Source: Waterburya sp.
GTDB lineage: Bacteria > Cyanobacteriota > Cyanobacteriia > Cyanobacteriales > Xenococcaceae
Assembly (NCBI GenBank): GCA_965217895.1
Contig: CBDCJV010000002.1
Span: forward strand, 1,440,001 to 1,504,000
DNA: 64,000 nt
Reading direction: 5' to 3'
Shown here: in pieces, positions 49,131 through 59,292 of the stretch
Numbering within the stretch: position 1 is the stretch's first letter
Layout of the letters: every line of letters starts with the position of its first letter
Made by a program: the position numbers and the translations under genes
The notes under the pieces: model-generated
Seen by the model: only the letters and a program-made list of their open reading frames with translations
Databases searched by the model: none
Told to the model about the DNA's origin: nothing

Positions 49131-52004
49131 TTATATCCACAATTTTGTTGGTGCAATGGGTTTAATCTCTTCATCCCAACCGCCTATTTGATAGGTTTGC
49201 AACAGCCATAAACTTGCACCATGTTTTAAGAAAATTTCGGCTAAAACATCGTTTGCTAAACGGGGTAAAAGCGATCGCCAGCTTGTTAAGGCATTAATTA
49301 CGGTAGTTACGGGACGATCCTCTAGGCGAGTACCAATCAATGATTGATATGGATCGACCCAATCAGCGCGGGTTTGCCAAGAAACTAGTTTGGCTTCGAT
49401 GGCTTTATTTAGGGCAACTAAACGCTTTAGTCTTTGGGTTTGAGGATCTTGGGGGTTAGTGGCAATCCAGTCTTTGATTTGGGCATTGTTATCAAATTCA
49501 GTTAGGGTCATATTAATCGCTTGATAAAAAGCCTGACAGGAATCTTGGACACAGGAATTGGCAGGGCCGACAAAGGTTGCCCCCGTACCGTCTCCAGTCC
49601 GATAACGTGCCATCATGCGATCTAGCTGGTATGCTAAGGCGTTGAGGGGAAAGCGACGCAAACCATCAAAATTGTATTCTTCTAAAACATCTAGCTTGAC
49701 TATGATATCGGTGATGGGACGACTGCCTAGCCAACCAAATTGGCGATCGCCTACAAAGTTTGTCCAGTCTAAACTCCCCGCGATAATCCCTGTCGTGTTT
49801 TGGGTATAAACCTGTGCATAGCCGATTTTGAAACGAAGTTCTTGAGTTAAAGGTTCACGGATCACTCTGGCTAAACCAAAGGCAAAATGTCCAAAAAAGA
49901 TGCCTAACGGGGCAAATTCTCGCTTTTTACCGCCAATACCGCCGTAGGTATGTAAGAGTAACAGGCGATCGCCTTCAGAAAAAGAGTTAATTAATTCTGT
50001 GTCTGGTAAGTTGCGAGGGTTTAAGAGAATTGAATCGACATGACCTTTTTTTTCTTTTACTCCCTGCCAATATTGATTGTGGATATAGTCAGTGGTTTTG
50101 TGCAGTCCAGAAATAACTTTAGCTGGCTGTAGTTGAAACAAGCTACGAGGTGCGATCGCCTGGACGGTAAATATTCCCTGGTGGTTTTTTGCGCCATAGA
50201 TATACCATCCTGTCTTATTTAAAGGAGATTCGGTAATTTTGTTAACGGTAGCGGATAAAACTCCCTGGCGATCTTTTACTACCTGGGGGAAGTAAACGGT
50301 GTCTTCTCTTCCATCAAACTGCTTAGATGCAGAATTATAATGGCGGACGACAGCGCAATTATTGGGAAATAACTCAGTAATAGTTACCAAAGCATAATAC
50401 TTTCCCGTAATCAAAATTGGTTCGCGGGCAATATATAAACTCAGATCTGTTCTAACCACCTCGACCGAACTCAACGCAACCATCACATCATCATTCGGTC
50501 TAGCCCCAGCCAAAGATTCTAACGCCTGTACCTGCCGCCAGTGGTTTAAGCGGGTAGGAAGAACTATACCCTGATTAACACTTTTATACGCCTGTTCAGA
50601 AAAACCAATTCTAATTTTGACCTGATTAACATAAGCTTGGATATCAGGGCGATCGCTCCAACGCAAGTATATCTTTTTACCGATTAAATCGCGATCGGAT
50701 TCTGGTGCGTGGTGTACCTCTAAGTAAACCCCAGCAACACGAGATCGTTCGGTAACATCTGGTAAAATTAAACGTCCTAGCCATTCACCCACGGACAGAT
50801 ATTCTTGAGCATAAGATTGCTCAAGAGAATAATAATCAGGTTGATTAAAATCTGCTTTAACGTAGTTGGCATAGTCACTAACAACCTTTGAGGCAAATGA
50901 TTTATAATCGGCAACGGCAGCAGGATAGGGTTCTTGTCCATCGGCACGAGTCAAAATACGTAAAATAATTTGCAGAGTTTTGGCTAAATGATTGCTACCA
51001 TCGGCAAGTATAGCTGTTTCGCTCAATGGACCATTCGTTGAATCGTGACCTACTTTTCCTAAAGAGATAAAGCTAATTTCACCGCGACTTTTAGCCAGAT
51101 TCCAATTCGACCAAGTAAAGATTGACCATCTTCGAGGAAACAGATAAGAAGTAAAGCGAGCTACCCGATCTTTTTCTCCCACTAAATGATAAAGATGTTC
51201 TACCTGTGCCACTTCATTGTTACCACTTATTACCCCCGCTAAAGAAATAACGTCAATCGGCGCAGCCAAAACCTTCTTGATATAAGGGACTGCGCCCAAA
51301 GATATTTGTCCGCCACCGCTATAACCAATGAGGGTAATTAAAGCCCCGCTACCTGGCTGATAGCCTTTTGCCAACAGGCGATCGATAATTATTTGTGCTG
51401 TACCGCGATTGTATATCGGACCATAGCGACTATCTACGGATACCGCCACTTGGAACATATTGCGTAATAAGACTAGCACTCTTAATACTCCAAACCTACT
51501 AGTGCGTTCGATCCATTGCCAAACTGAACCTAAAGGTCTACCAATAGTTAAGGGGAGATTGATGACTGAATAGGGAATAATATTTTTGATCAGAACATAA
51601 TTTTCTTCTGGTAAAGATTCCTCTAGCCGTTGCAAAAATTTTTTTGCCCGAATGGAATATTTAAACGAGCTTTTGCCAATGCCATCGAGATAAACTACAT
51701 ACTGTATTGTTGTAGAAGTTATCTTTTCAATTGGGAATTGAGTACTTTTAGCCGGTAAGGTAAGCGTATCGCGATCGCCACCATACCATCCAGCCCACCA
51801 GCCTAAAGCTTCAAAGGGTGCCAGCAAACCTGCCAACACCAGGGCAATACCAACAATTCTTCCTCCGTCCAAAAGCAGATTTAATAACTCAGCGTGTAGA
51901 AAAACATACCATTGCACCCACCAAGCATTTGCAGGAGACAAGAAAATAACTACGGCTAAGGCTAATACAATTAAGGCACTTCTGGTTAAAAATTGTTTAC
52001 TCAC
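49131..52004 (-). CDS. Large cyanobacterial protein with N-terminal TMs and an alpha/beta-hydrolase-like domain
   Basis: YLDGI, LIGYSGGGQ nucleophile-elbow-like motif, GHFAFG, NSCVQDS. Confidence 0.65.
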   Translation of the reverse strand: MSKQFLTRSALIVLALAVVIFLSPANAWWVQWYVFLHAELLNLLLDGGRIVGIALVLAGLLAPFEALGWWAGWYGGDRDTLTLPAKSTQFPIEKITSTTIQYVVYLDGIGKSSFKYSIRAKKFLQRLEESLPEENYVLIKNIIPYSVINLPLTIGRPLGSVWQWIERTSRFGVLRVLVLLRNMFQVAVSVDSRYGPIYNRGTAQIIIDRLLAKGYQPGSGALITLIGYSGGGQISLGAVPYIKKVLAAPIDVISLAGVISGNNEVAQVEHLYHLVGEKDRVARFTSYLFPRRWSIFTWSNWNLAKSRGEISFISLGKVGHDSTNGPLSETAILADGSNHLAKTLQIILRILTRADGQEPYPAAVADYKSFASKVVSDYANYVKADFNQPDYYSLEQSYAQEYLSVGEWLGRLILPDVTERSRVAGVYLEVHHAPESDRDLIGKKIYLRWSDRPDIQAYVNQVKIRIGFSEQAYKSVNQGIVLPTRLNHWRQVQALESLAGARPNDDVMVALSSVEVVRTDLSLYIAREPILITGKYYALVTITELFPNNCAVVRHYNSASKQFDGREDTVYFPQVVKDRQGVLSATVNKITESPLNKTGWYIYGAKNHQGIFTVQAIAPRSLFQLQPAKVISGLHKTTDYIHNQYWQGVKEKKGHVDSILLNPRNLPDTELINSFSEGDRLLLLHTYGGIGGKKREFAPLGIFFGHFAFGLARVIREPLTQELRFKIGYAQVYTQNTTGIIAGSLDWTNFVGDRQFGWLGSRPITDIIVKLDVLEEYNFDGLRRFPLNALAYQLDRMMARYRTGDGTGATFVGPANSCVQDSCQAFYQAINMTLTEFDNNAQIKDWIATNPQDPQTQRLKRLVALNKAIEAKLVSWQTRADWVDPYQSLIGTRLEDRPVTTVINALTSWRSLLPRLANDVLAEIFLKHGASLWLLQTYQIGGWDEEIKPIAPTKLWI

Positions 52005-52747
52005 GATTCTTCTGATGTCTCCCCAAGTAAATCAGGAATATTGGTCGGATCGGGAGGAATAGGTAATCCGTTGTAAAGCATTTGCTCTAAGTAATCAGGT
52101 TCAGTAATAAGCTTTACTCCTGCAACCCAATCAACTATTTTACTCGTAATACGAGCGATCGCTTTACCGAAAACACGCTGAGAAAGTTGCAGCACTAACC
52201 AGCCTCCCAGACAGCATTCAAAAGCCTGCCATATACCCAAATCAGAAATTGCGCCTAAACCAATGGCGATCGCCATTAATGTCCAAATTGACAGCACAAT
52301 AAAAATTGGCATTCCAAAATAGGGAATAATTATTAAAAAACCTAATAACAAAGGCGCGTAGCTAAACCCTAAAGTTTTGACAATTTCTACCAAAGACAAA
52401 TTAGCCCCAAATAACCAGCCCGCAACTAACCAAGTGCTTAAAACCCAAAAATTGTAGTTAAAAACGAATAGGACTGCTGCGATCGCTATAGAGAGCAAAA
52501 ACCGCAGTGGGCGCACTCGATTGATAAATAGCATCACGCTTTGACCAGAAGTTTGAGACAAGCCAGCCAATAAAACTACTAAAATACTGGCAATCAAGCC
52601 TAAAGGTAAACTATTAAGCAATCCAAAAGTTTCCTTATTTAAGAGCATTACCCCAGAAACTAAAGTCCAAAACTTACTTATAGCTGTATCTACTGTCATG
52701 ATGATGAGCGACATTATCTTTCTTTTTAATTGACCAATTAACGTCAA
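52001..52747 (-). CDS. Yip1-like polytopic membrane protein, overlapping the downstream gene's start
   Basis: Five to six hydrophobic helices; LGFSYAPLLLGFL; 4-bp overlap with 49131-52004. Confidence 0.65.
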   Translation of the reverse strand: MTLIGQLKRKIMSLIIMTVDTAISKFWTLVSGVMLLNKETFGLLNSLPLGLIASILVVLLAGLSQTSGQSVMLFINRVRPLRFLLSIAIAAVLFVFNYNFWVLSTWLVAGWLFGANLSLVEIVKTLGFSYAPLLLGFLIIIPYFGMPIFIVLSIWTLMAIAIGLGAISDLGIWQAFECCLGGWLVLQLSQRVFGKAIARITSKIVDWVAGVKLITEPDYLEQMLYNGLPIPPDPTNIPDLLGETSEES

Positions 52748-52754
52748 TTCGGGT

Positions 52755-53230
52755 TAAGAATATCAATCGGTGGAGAACATCCAACTTTGCTAAGTTTTCA
52801 AAGGGTTGCCAAAATTGTAACGCCGATGATGGAAAGGCGACTCCTTGAGGATAGATATTTTCGATTAAATAAACAGTAGTTTGCCTCTCCAGATCATGTT
52901 AGATGCCCATTTAATTGCAGAAGAGACTATATTTAAAATATTGACATACTCACCGTCATAAATGATCGGTGATTCTTAAGTAGCAGGTAGCAAGTAGCAA
53001 GTAGCAATTAAGAAAATATCCCAATTGCTAATTGCTATCTGGAGACGCGCTTCGCGTCTCGCCTTGCCAAGGGCAAGTCGGCGGACTCCAGTCCGCGCTA
53101 CTTAATCGCACTCTTTGTGCGGGGCTTTAAACCCATTTATTACACGGTAAAATAGCTCCATTTCCCTAATTTTCTAGCACTGTCTAGCATCTTTCAATCG
53201 AATTATATTTACTGTAATAAAGGGGATCGT
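52755..53230 (-). pseudogene. Relic of the C-terminal part of an ISAzo13-family DDE transposase, interrupted by a miniature element
   Basis: PLYYSKYNSIERC*TVLEN*GNGAIL [insertion] NIVSSAIKWASNMIWRGK; matches the YHSKYNPIERCW...WNG...WA..MTW pattern of this family. Confidence 0.75.
52941..53150 (-). mobile_element. Complete non-autonomous IS608-type miniature element with AAGTAGC heptamers and GC hairpins
   Basis: Minus strand: TTAC-CGTGTAATAAATGGGTTT-AAAG-CCCCGCACAAAGAGTGCG ... GAAT-CACCGATCATTTATGACGGTG-AGTATG-TCAA. Confidence 0.82.
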
Positions 53231-53237
53231 AAAAGCT

Positions 53238-53359
53238 GGTGTTGGTAAATCTAATGTAGGATTTTTAAAATTATAGGCTGTTAATTGAATTAAAAGAGCT
53301 AATAGCTAATAGCTACGAGCAGACATACTTTGTGCTTCATACATCAAATTACCAACGCC
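53238..53359. mobile_element. MITE, same family as 45377-45508
   Basis: ggtgttggtaa...ttaccaacgcc; interior agctaatagctaatagctacgagcag. Confidence 0.65.
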
Positions 53360-53378
53360 TTAACGTTTAACAGATGAA

Positions 53379-53966
53379 TTATTTTTGGGCTTTAGGAGCA
53401 AACATATCAAAAGCTGCTTGATTTTTTTGCTTGTCGGCTGACCAAAACTTACTTAATTCAAATAATTCTTTGGTATTTATTTGTAAATCTTCTGTAGGAA
53501 AGTTATACATAGCTTCAATCACTGTCCAACCATCGGATTGATTGGGGTTATCTGCTGCTTCAATTAAAGAAGAACGAATCGCATAAAAACCATTTCCTTG
53601 AGGATGGGTTTTGATTGCTGTACCGAGTTCTTGCAAAAACTTTTCGCCTTCAGGAGTATTGGTAAACTGATACATTTCAACGCGATCGCTCTCGAAACGA
53701 TTGCTCAACCAGTATTTTAGCTGAATTAAATCCTCTTTCTTTAAAAACTTAGAATACATACGAAGCTCTTTGGTCATTTCTCCTGTAGTGGCATATTTTT
53801 CTAAAGATGCTACGGATATTTTGCCGTTAAAAGGACCATAAATAAGTTTTACTTTTTCAGCACTAAATGCAGGTTGTACTATTAATATAAGACCTGATAA
53901 GCTTAAGCTAATACTAATTAGTTTATGAGAAATATATGAATGATTAATTAAGTACTTTAATTGCAT
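53379..53966 (-). CDS. DUF1400 domain protein, secreted
   Basis: Signal peptide, AEKVKLIYGP, ISVASLEKYATTGE, GFYAIRSSLI, FPT. Confidence 0.8.
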   Translation of the reverse strand: MQLKYLINHSYISHKLISISLSLSGLILIVQPAFSAEKVKLIYGPFNGKISVASLEKYATTGEMTKELRMYSKFLKKEDLIQLKYWLSNRFESDRVEMYQFTNTPEGEKFLQELGTAIKTHPQGNGFYAIRSSLIEAADNPNQSDGWTVIEAMYNFPTEDLQINTKELFELSKFWSADKQKNQAAFDMFAPKAQK

Positions 53967-54243
53967 CTTTATTTTTTGAAAGTGTTAATTTTCGTTGATC
54001 ATAAACAGTTAAAACCAGATGTTTTTGGCTGTTTGCTAGTCCTTTTATAACAGTTTTTATTTCAATTAACGATAGTTGAAACTACCTTTTATAAAATCTT
54101 TGCGTATACTTTGTAGGTAAATATTTGTACTTTATAAAACAGTAACTATTAAAGGCGGGTGTAAATAAATACTTGACAATTGTTTAATTTGTTAAACCCT
54201 GGAAACTTCTATAATCTGGATAGACCTAATTTCAAGAAGCACT

Positions 54244-54948
54244 ATGAACCAATCCAATGAGTCCCTGCGTACCCTGGCTGTAGATATCGGTGGTAGCGGA
54301 ATTAAAGTGATGGTATTGGACACAAAAGGTAATCCCCTAAGCGATCGCCAACGCCTAAAAACACCTAATCCAGCTAAACCCAAAGATGTAATCGATACAA
54401 TCCTGACTTTGGCAAAAGAGCAAGAATTTGACCGTGTTTCGGTGGGTTTTCCTGGAGTTGTGCAGAATGGTTTGATTAAAACTGCCGTTAACCTAGACGA
54501 TGACTGGCTACAGTATGATTTGGCTACCAGCTTGACTCAATTACTGTCTAAGCCCGTCAAAGTAGCTAATGACGCGGATATTCAAGGGTTTGGGGCAATT
54601 TCAGGTCAGGGTGTAGAGCTAGTCATTACCGTGGGAACAGGATTTGGTTCGGCTTTGTTTATTAATGGCAGACTAGTGCCGAATTTAGAAATGGGACATC
54701 ACCCTTTTCGCAAAGGAGAAACCTACGAAGAACAGTTGGGTAGAGCAGCTTTGGACAAACAAGGCACAAAGAAATGGAATAATCGTTTAGAAAAAGCGAT
54801 CGCCCATTTAGATCATCTTTTCAATTACGACACTCTCTATATTGGTGGAGGAGAAACAGACAACATCAAGTTTGATTTACCAACCAATGCCAAAATTATC
54901 CCTAATGTATCTGGATTACTTGGAGGTATTAAACTCTGGACAGGTTGA
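54244..54948 (+). CDS. ppgK: ROK family polyphosphate glucokinase
   Basis: DIGGSGIK, GFPGVV, NDADIQG, GTGFGSAL, PNLEMGH, IGGG. Confidence 0.85.
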   Translation: MNQSNESLRTLAVDIGGSGIKVMVLDTKGNPLSDRQRLKTPNPAKPKDVIDTILTLAKEQEFDRVSVGFPGVVQNGLIKTAVNLDDDWLQYDLATSLTQLLSKPVKVANDADIQGFGAISGQGVELVITVGTGFGSALFINGRLVPNLEMGHHPFRKGETYEEQLGRAALDKQGTKKWNNRLEKAIAHLDHLFNYDTLYIGGGETDNIKFDLPTNAKIIPNVSGLLGGIKLWTG

Positions 54949-54965
54949 TAATTACTAATTTTTTT

Positions 54966-55197
54966 GGTGGGCAATAAAAGTTTATTATGTATAGCAAGCA
55001 ATACGTACTTATATTAGGACACCTGCTACTTGCGAGACAAAACCGTTGCGGGGGTTTCCCCCGTTGAGGTACCTGCGGGGAGTACCCCTTGGTTGTCGAG
55101 GGTGTTACTTGTTACTTACAAGCAGTTCATTTTTCTGTCCTAACCAGTCAACATACTGCGATATATATAGCGCACAAAATTTTTGTTATTGCTCACC
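54966..55197. mobile_element. Nested miniature elements: outer GGTGGGCAATAA IR, inner TATAGCA...TTAGGACA/TGTCCTAA...TGCGATA MITE, GC hairpins inside
   Basis: ggtgggcaataa 54966 / ttattgctcacc 55186-55197; inner element about 54990-55163; cgggggtttcccccg hairpin. Confidence 0.55.
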
Positions 55198-55210
55198 TAC
55201 TGATCATTGA

Positions 55211-56836
55211 TCATTGATTACTACTCCAATTGATAGGTAAGGTTGTATCATCGACACCATCATTGCCATTGAGATGAACTTTTGTTTCTCGATCTAATAC
55301 TGCTTCGACGCGATCGTATATTTCCTGAGCTTCTTCTAGTGAATTGCCGATACTTGTTAAGCCGAGTTTGCCATATTCAGATAATGCGCCCATAAGATGA
55401 AACACTGTCCCAGTGAGACTACTGCTATCAAAATGAAGTCTTTTTTGAGCAATAATATCCATTAAGTCGTCGGGTAATAATCCTTTGTACTGCTCTTTTT
55501 GGAGGTTATCCGTGGCAATATAATATTTTGCTTGATTTTGCTGGCTTAAGAATTTTCCTGTATCGTAGTTAAAAGTACCGTTGGTTAATAATCTGAGAGT
55601 CATAAAAGGATGGGTTGTACCGCCTTTGCGTAGATTAATTTCGATCGCCTCAATATCCCATTTTTTTGTTTCAGGGTGCTGTACGGCAATAAAATCTACA
55701 CCATAACGCTCTATCGCTCCCTTTGCTGCCAAAGCTTCTCCCACCTTTAAGCCTAGCTCTTGTAATTCACAACGATAGTCGGCATCAGCAGGAAAATAAC
55801 ACCCTTCATATACCTGTCCATGCTCACCGCCCAAAATCTGATCGTGGGTAGAGACAATTTCTACTTCTCCCGATGGTCTAATGTAACCTTGAACACTAGG
55901 CGATCGCTTTATTTCTCCTTCGACAAAAGCCTCGACAATTGCGCCTAATTCAGGAATACGTGCCGAAAAAGTCTCCCAGGTTTCTCCTACACCCTGAAAT
56001 TTCATACTGGCTAAGTGTTTAGTTAAAACATTAATAGTTTCATGGCGATCGCCTTTGTCAGGAGCGTAATCTTGAATTGGTCTAAGATCTAGTAAAGCAT
56101 TACCCTCTCCTGAAAAACCTTCGTTTAGCTTGACTACAATTCGTTTTAAGTCTGGTTGTCTTTGCCACAAACCAAATAGTTCTTCAACCAAATCTGCTAC
56201 ATTTGTGACAGTGTAGCTACCGTCTGGATGGGGAATACCCGCTTCGGCAAAGATTTGACGGCTGCCGTTTTTTGAACCCCAGCTAAGTACCTCTGGAGAA
56301 GCTGCCAGCAGGGGAATGCCTAACTTTAAAGATAGTTGCTGTTCTAAATCCGTAGAATTGTAGCAAACCATGTAAGATTTATGTGGACGTAAGGCACGCC
56401 GTATTTTGGCTACTAGGCGAGGACGCTCTAAAATCTTCTGGGTTAGGGGTTTAAGCGAACCATCATAGGTACTAATTAATAACAGGCGATCGCGAGCATG
56501 GGAAAATGGTATTCCTGGTAGTAGCTGTAGATAATAGTCAATGACTATGGGACACAAGGGCAATGCTGTAATATAAATTACCCGTGTTAAAGGATTGCGT
56601 AAGCGAATCAGGGAAAACAGCAGTCTTTCTTCGTAGTGCAAAAACCCTGCCACCTTATCCCCAACCTGCTGATCGACACTAAAAGACGGAATAACCAGAA
56701 TATCGTAGTCATCCTGATCGAAAATATCTACACTTTGCCAAAGTTCACCCTCTACATGAGATTTTGTCCATTCTCGTAGCTGATTTTGTAGCCTTCTAAA
56801 CTTCTCGGCTGATTCAGGTTGAGATGTTTCTACCAT
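55211..56836 (-). CDS. ATP-grasp protein, peptide ligase PGM1-related
   Basis: HYEERLLF, KLNEGFSGEGNA, SPSVQ, GVDF, IEINLRKGGTTHP. Confidence 0.8.
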   Translation of the reverse strand: MVETSQPESAEKFRRLQNQLREWTKSHVEGELWQSVDIFDQDDYDILVIPSFSVDQQVGDKVAGFLHYEERLLFSLIRLRNPLTRVIYITALPLCPIVIDYYLQLLPGIPFSHARDRLLLISTYDGSLKPLTQKILERPRLVAKIRRALRPHKSYMVCYNSTDLEQQLSLKLGIPLLAASPEVLSWGSKNGSRQIFAEAGIPHPDGSYTVTNVADLVEELFGLWQRQPDLKRIVVKLNEGFSGEGNALLDLRPIQDYAPDKGDRHETINVLTKHLASMKFQGVGETWETFSARIPELGAIVEAFVEGEIKRSPSVQGYIRPSGEVEIVSTHDQILGGEHGQVYEGCYFPADADYRCELQELGLKVGEALAAKGAIERYGVDFIAVQHPETKKWDIEAIEINLRKGGTTHPFMTLRLLTNGTFNYDTGKFLSQQNQAKYYIATDNLQKEQYKGLLPDDLMDIIAQKRLHFDSSSLTGTVFHLMGALSEYGKLGLTSIGNSLEEAQEIYDRVEAVLDRETKVHLNGNDGVDDTTLPINWSSNQ

Positions 56837-56967
56837 ATTTACTGGAAGTAATTGTACCTTCGGAAAAAAACTCTAAGGATTATAGTAGCAAGCTAAGAAT
56901 ATTAATTTTTAATCTGTTTTTAAGAATTAACAACTCCTAGATCCTGGTTTTAATTTAATTACCTGAC

Positions 56968-57813
56968 TTACTCTATTTTGCTTATTAGCACATCGTCATA
57001 AAAAATAGAACGAAATTTCGTTATCGACTTTTCTGGATCGTGTTTCCAATCAGGTTTATATATTCCTATTTTGAAATATGTTCCTTTTTTGTCATTATAG
57101 GTATTTGCGCCTAATTTCTTAAATACTAGATGCTCATTTTTCCACATCTCAATCAAACCATCCGCTCGATCAGACCATTTAACGTGAAAGACCCAATCAA
57201 TCCATTCTCCTGTAGGATATTTACCTAAATTGACAATCTCACTTTCTCTTTGACTATTTTCTGTAACTGGATTTATATCCCAGCTTCTGGCTAATTTAAA
57301 ATTGCCGTTTTGGGTTAGCAAAGCTAAAGGAGGAGAACGCCACGTCTCTTTAAGATCGAAATCTGGCAAACCATGCCATTGTGCAAGAATTTCAAAAGAT
57401 GAATCAAATTGATATGTTTTTGGCAAAAAGAAACTGAACCCGTAGATATATTCTGAATTACGAGGTACCGATTTTAAAGCTATCTCTGACCTTTTCCCCA
57501 AATTTAGATTTGGATCATCTTTCTTGAGTATAAATTTGATCGAAGTATTGCCTTTTCTGGTTTGCTTTCTAGGAGTTGTCACAAAAGCGATCGAATGTTG
57601 ACAGCAAAATTCCTTGTTCCATTTTTGTATTTTTTTTGACTCAAAATCATCTTGGAAAACGACAGTTTCTCGAATAGACAAAGCTGGAGTTGAAACAAAA
57701 ATTATCAATAAAGTAGTGAGTATAAATAGACACTTTTTAACCATGTTTAAAAGAGTTTGACAACAGAATATACCTAACTTGTAATCATACAATCTAATAA
57801 TTTTGCTTGACAC
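56968..57813 (-). CDS. Polysaccharide lyase (heparin-lyase-I-like beta-jelly roll), probably exported; real start may be the MVKK ATG
   Basis: KRSEI, ILAQWH, SPPLAL, GEWIDWVFHVKWS, YFKIGIYK, FYDDV. Confidence 0.8.
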   Translation of the reverse strand: MSSKIIRLYDYKLGIFCCQTLLNMVKKCLFILTTLLIIFVSTPALSIRETVVFQDDFESKKIQKWNKEFCCQHSIAFVTTPRKQTRKGNTSIKFILKKDDPNLNLGKRSEIALKSVPRNSEYIYGFSFFLPKTYQFDSSFEILAQWHGLPDFDLKETWRSPPLALLTQNGNFKLARSWDINPVTENSQRESEIVNLGKYPTGEWIDWVFHVKWSDRADGLIEMWKNEHLVFKKLGANTYNDKKGTYFKIGIYKPDWKHDPEKSITKFRSIFYDDVLISKIE

Positions 57814-57891
57814 GGATCATGATAGCTCTTGTGAAAAGCTTGCTAAAATCGCCTATATTAGTAGCTTTTAAGATTTTCTTTAGTTTTTTAT

Positions 57892-59292
57892 TTGCTTATT
57901 ATTCGTTATTTTTCTAAACGAGAATTTTTCCTTTATGTTCTAATATCGGTGCAATTACTGAAATATTGGAACAATATTTCAGTAATTGCAAAGCTTGGTG
58001 AACTTAATCTCATGGTATTTACGAATGCAATTTCAACTCCGATCAAGGTAATTAAGCAGATATCTACCAAAATTAAACATGACAACAATCAAGGTTCTCA
58101 AAAGAGAATATTAATTATTGTCGAAAATTTAGCTTTGCCCTTTGATCGTCGAGTTTGGATGGAAGCAACAACTTTACAGCAGGCTGGATATGAGGTTATA
58201 GCTATTTGCCCTCAAGGAAATGGCTTTGATTTAAAATATGAGGTGATCGAAAATATACATATTTATCGCCATCCACTTCCGCTTGAGGAAAGTTCGGTAA
58301 TGGGCTATTTGAAAGAATATAGCTGGGCAGTTTTTTGGCAGTTTAAATTAGCTAGAAAAATATGGAATGAAAAAAGATTTGATATTGTTCATCTGTGCAA
58401 CCCACCTGATTTGCTGTTCCTGACTGCTTTTTGGTTCAAAGCTTTTCATGGCGTGAAGGTTATCTTCGATCATCATGATCTAAGTCCTGAAATGTATATA
58501 GCAAAATACAAGCGTAAGGATATTTTTTACTACGGTTTACAGGTTGCAGAACGTTTAACCTATTTAACAGCAGACTTGGCAATATCCACCAACAAATCTC
58601 ATCAAAACATAGCCTTGACTAGGGGAGGGAAAAAAGAAGAGGAAGTATTTATAGTTCGTAGTGCGCCAGATTTATCCCGTTTTCATCCTGTTCCTGCAAA
58701 ATCAGAATATCGTCAGGGGAGACAAAAATTAGTTGGCTATATGGGAGTCATGGGTGAGCCTGAAGGAATAGATTGTCTTTTAAGAATGATTAAATATATC
58801 ACTCAAGAACAAAAGCGGAACGACATTCACTTTATGTTAATTGGGAGTGGTCCAGCGATTGCAAGTTTAAAAGATCTCTCTCAAGAATTGAAGATTACAA
58901 AATTTGTCGAGTTTACAGGGTTTAAAAGAGGACACGAACTATTAGAAAGACTCTCAAGCTGTGATATTTGCGTCGAGCCTTCTCCTCTATCTGAATACAA
59001 CCAAAACTGTAGTATGAACAAAATTTTAGAATATATGGCACTTGGGAAACCAATTGTTCAATTCGATCTAAGAGAAGGAAGACATTCTGCTCAAGGAGCA
59101 TCTTTATATGCCCAACCTAATGACGAGAAAGAGTTTGCCCATAAAATGCTCGAACTACTCGATTCCCCTGAACTGCAAGCAAAAATTGGCTTAGAAGGAC
59201 AACGCAGAATGAAAGATATTTTTGGCTGGCGACATCAAGCTCCTAAGCTCTTAAATGTCTACGATGCCATCAGCGTAATTTGCAATCAATAA
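57892..59292 (+). CDS. Glycosyltransferase family 4 (start probably the ATG at 58012)
   Basis: IIVENLALPFDRRVWMEA, CNPPD, FDHHDLSPE, MNKILEYMALGKP. Confidence 0.9.
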   Translation: MLIIRYFSKREFFLYVLISVQLLKYWNNISVIAKLGELNLMVFTNAISTPIKVIKQISTKIKHDNNQGSQKRILIIVENLALPFDRRVWMEATTLQQAGYEVIAICPQGNGFDLKYEVIENIHIYRHPLPLEESSVMGYLKEYSWAVFWQFKLARKIWNEKRFDIVHLCNPPDLLFLTAFWFKAFHGVKVIFDHHDLSPEMYIAKYKRKDIFYYGLQVAERLTYLTADLAISTNKSHQNIALTRGGKKEEEVFIVRSAPDLSRFHPVPAKSEYRQGRQKLVGYMGVMGEPEGIDCLLRMIKYITQEQKRNDIHFMLIGSGPAIASLKDLSQELKITKFVEFTGFKRGHELLERLSSCDICVEPSPLSEYNQNCSMNKILEYMALGKPIVQFDLREGRHSAQGASLYAQPNDEKEFAHKMLELLDSPELQAKIGLEGQRRMKDIFGWRHQAPKLLNVYDAISVICNQ

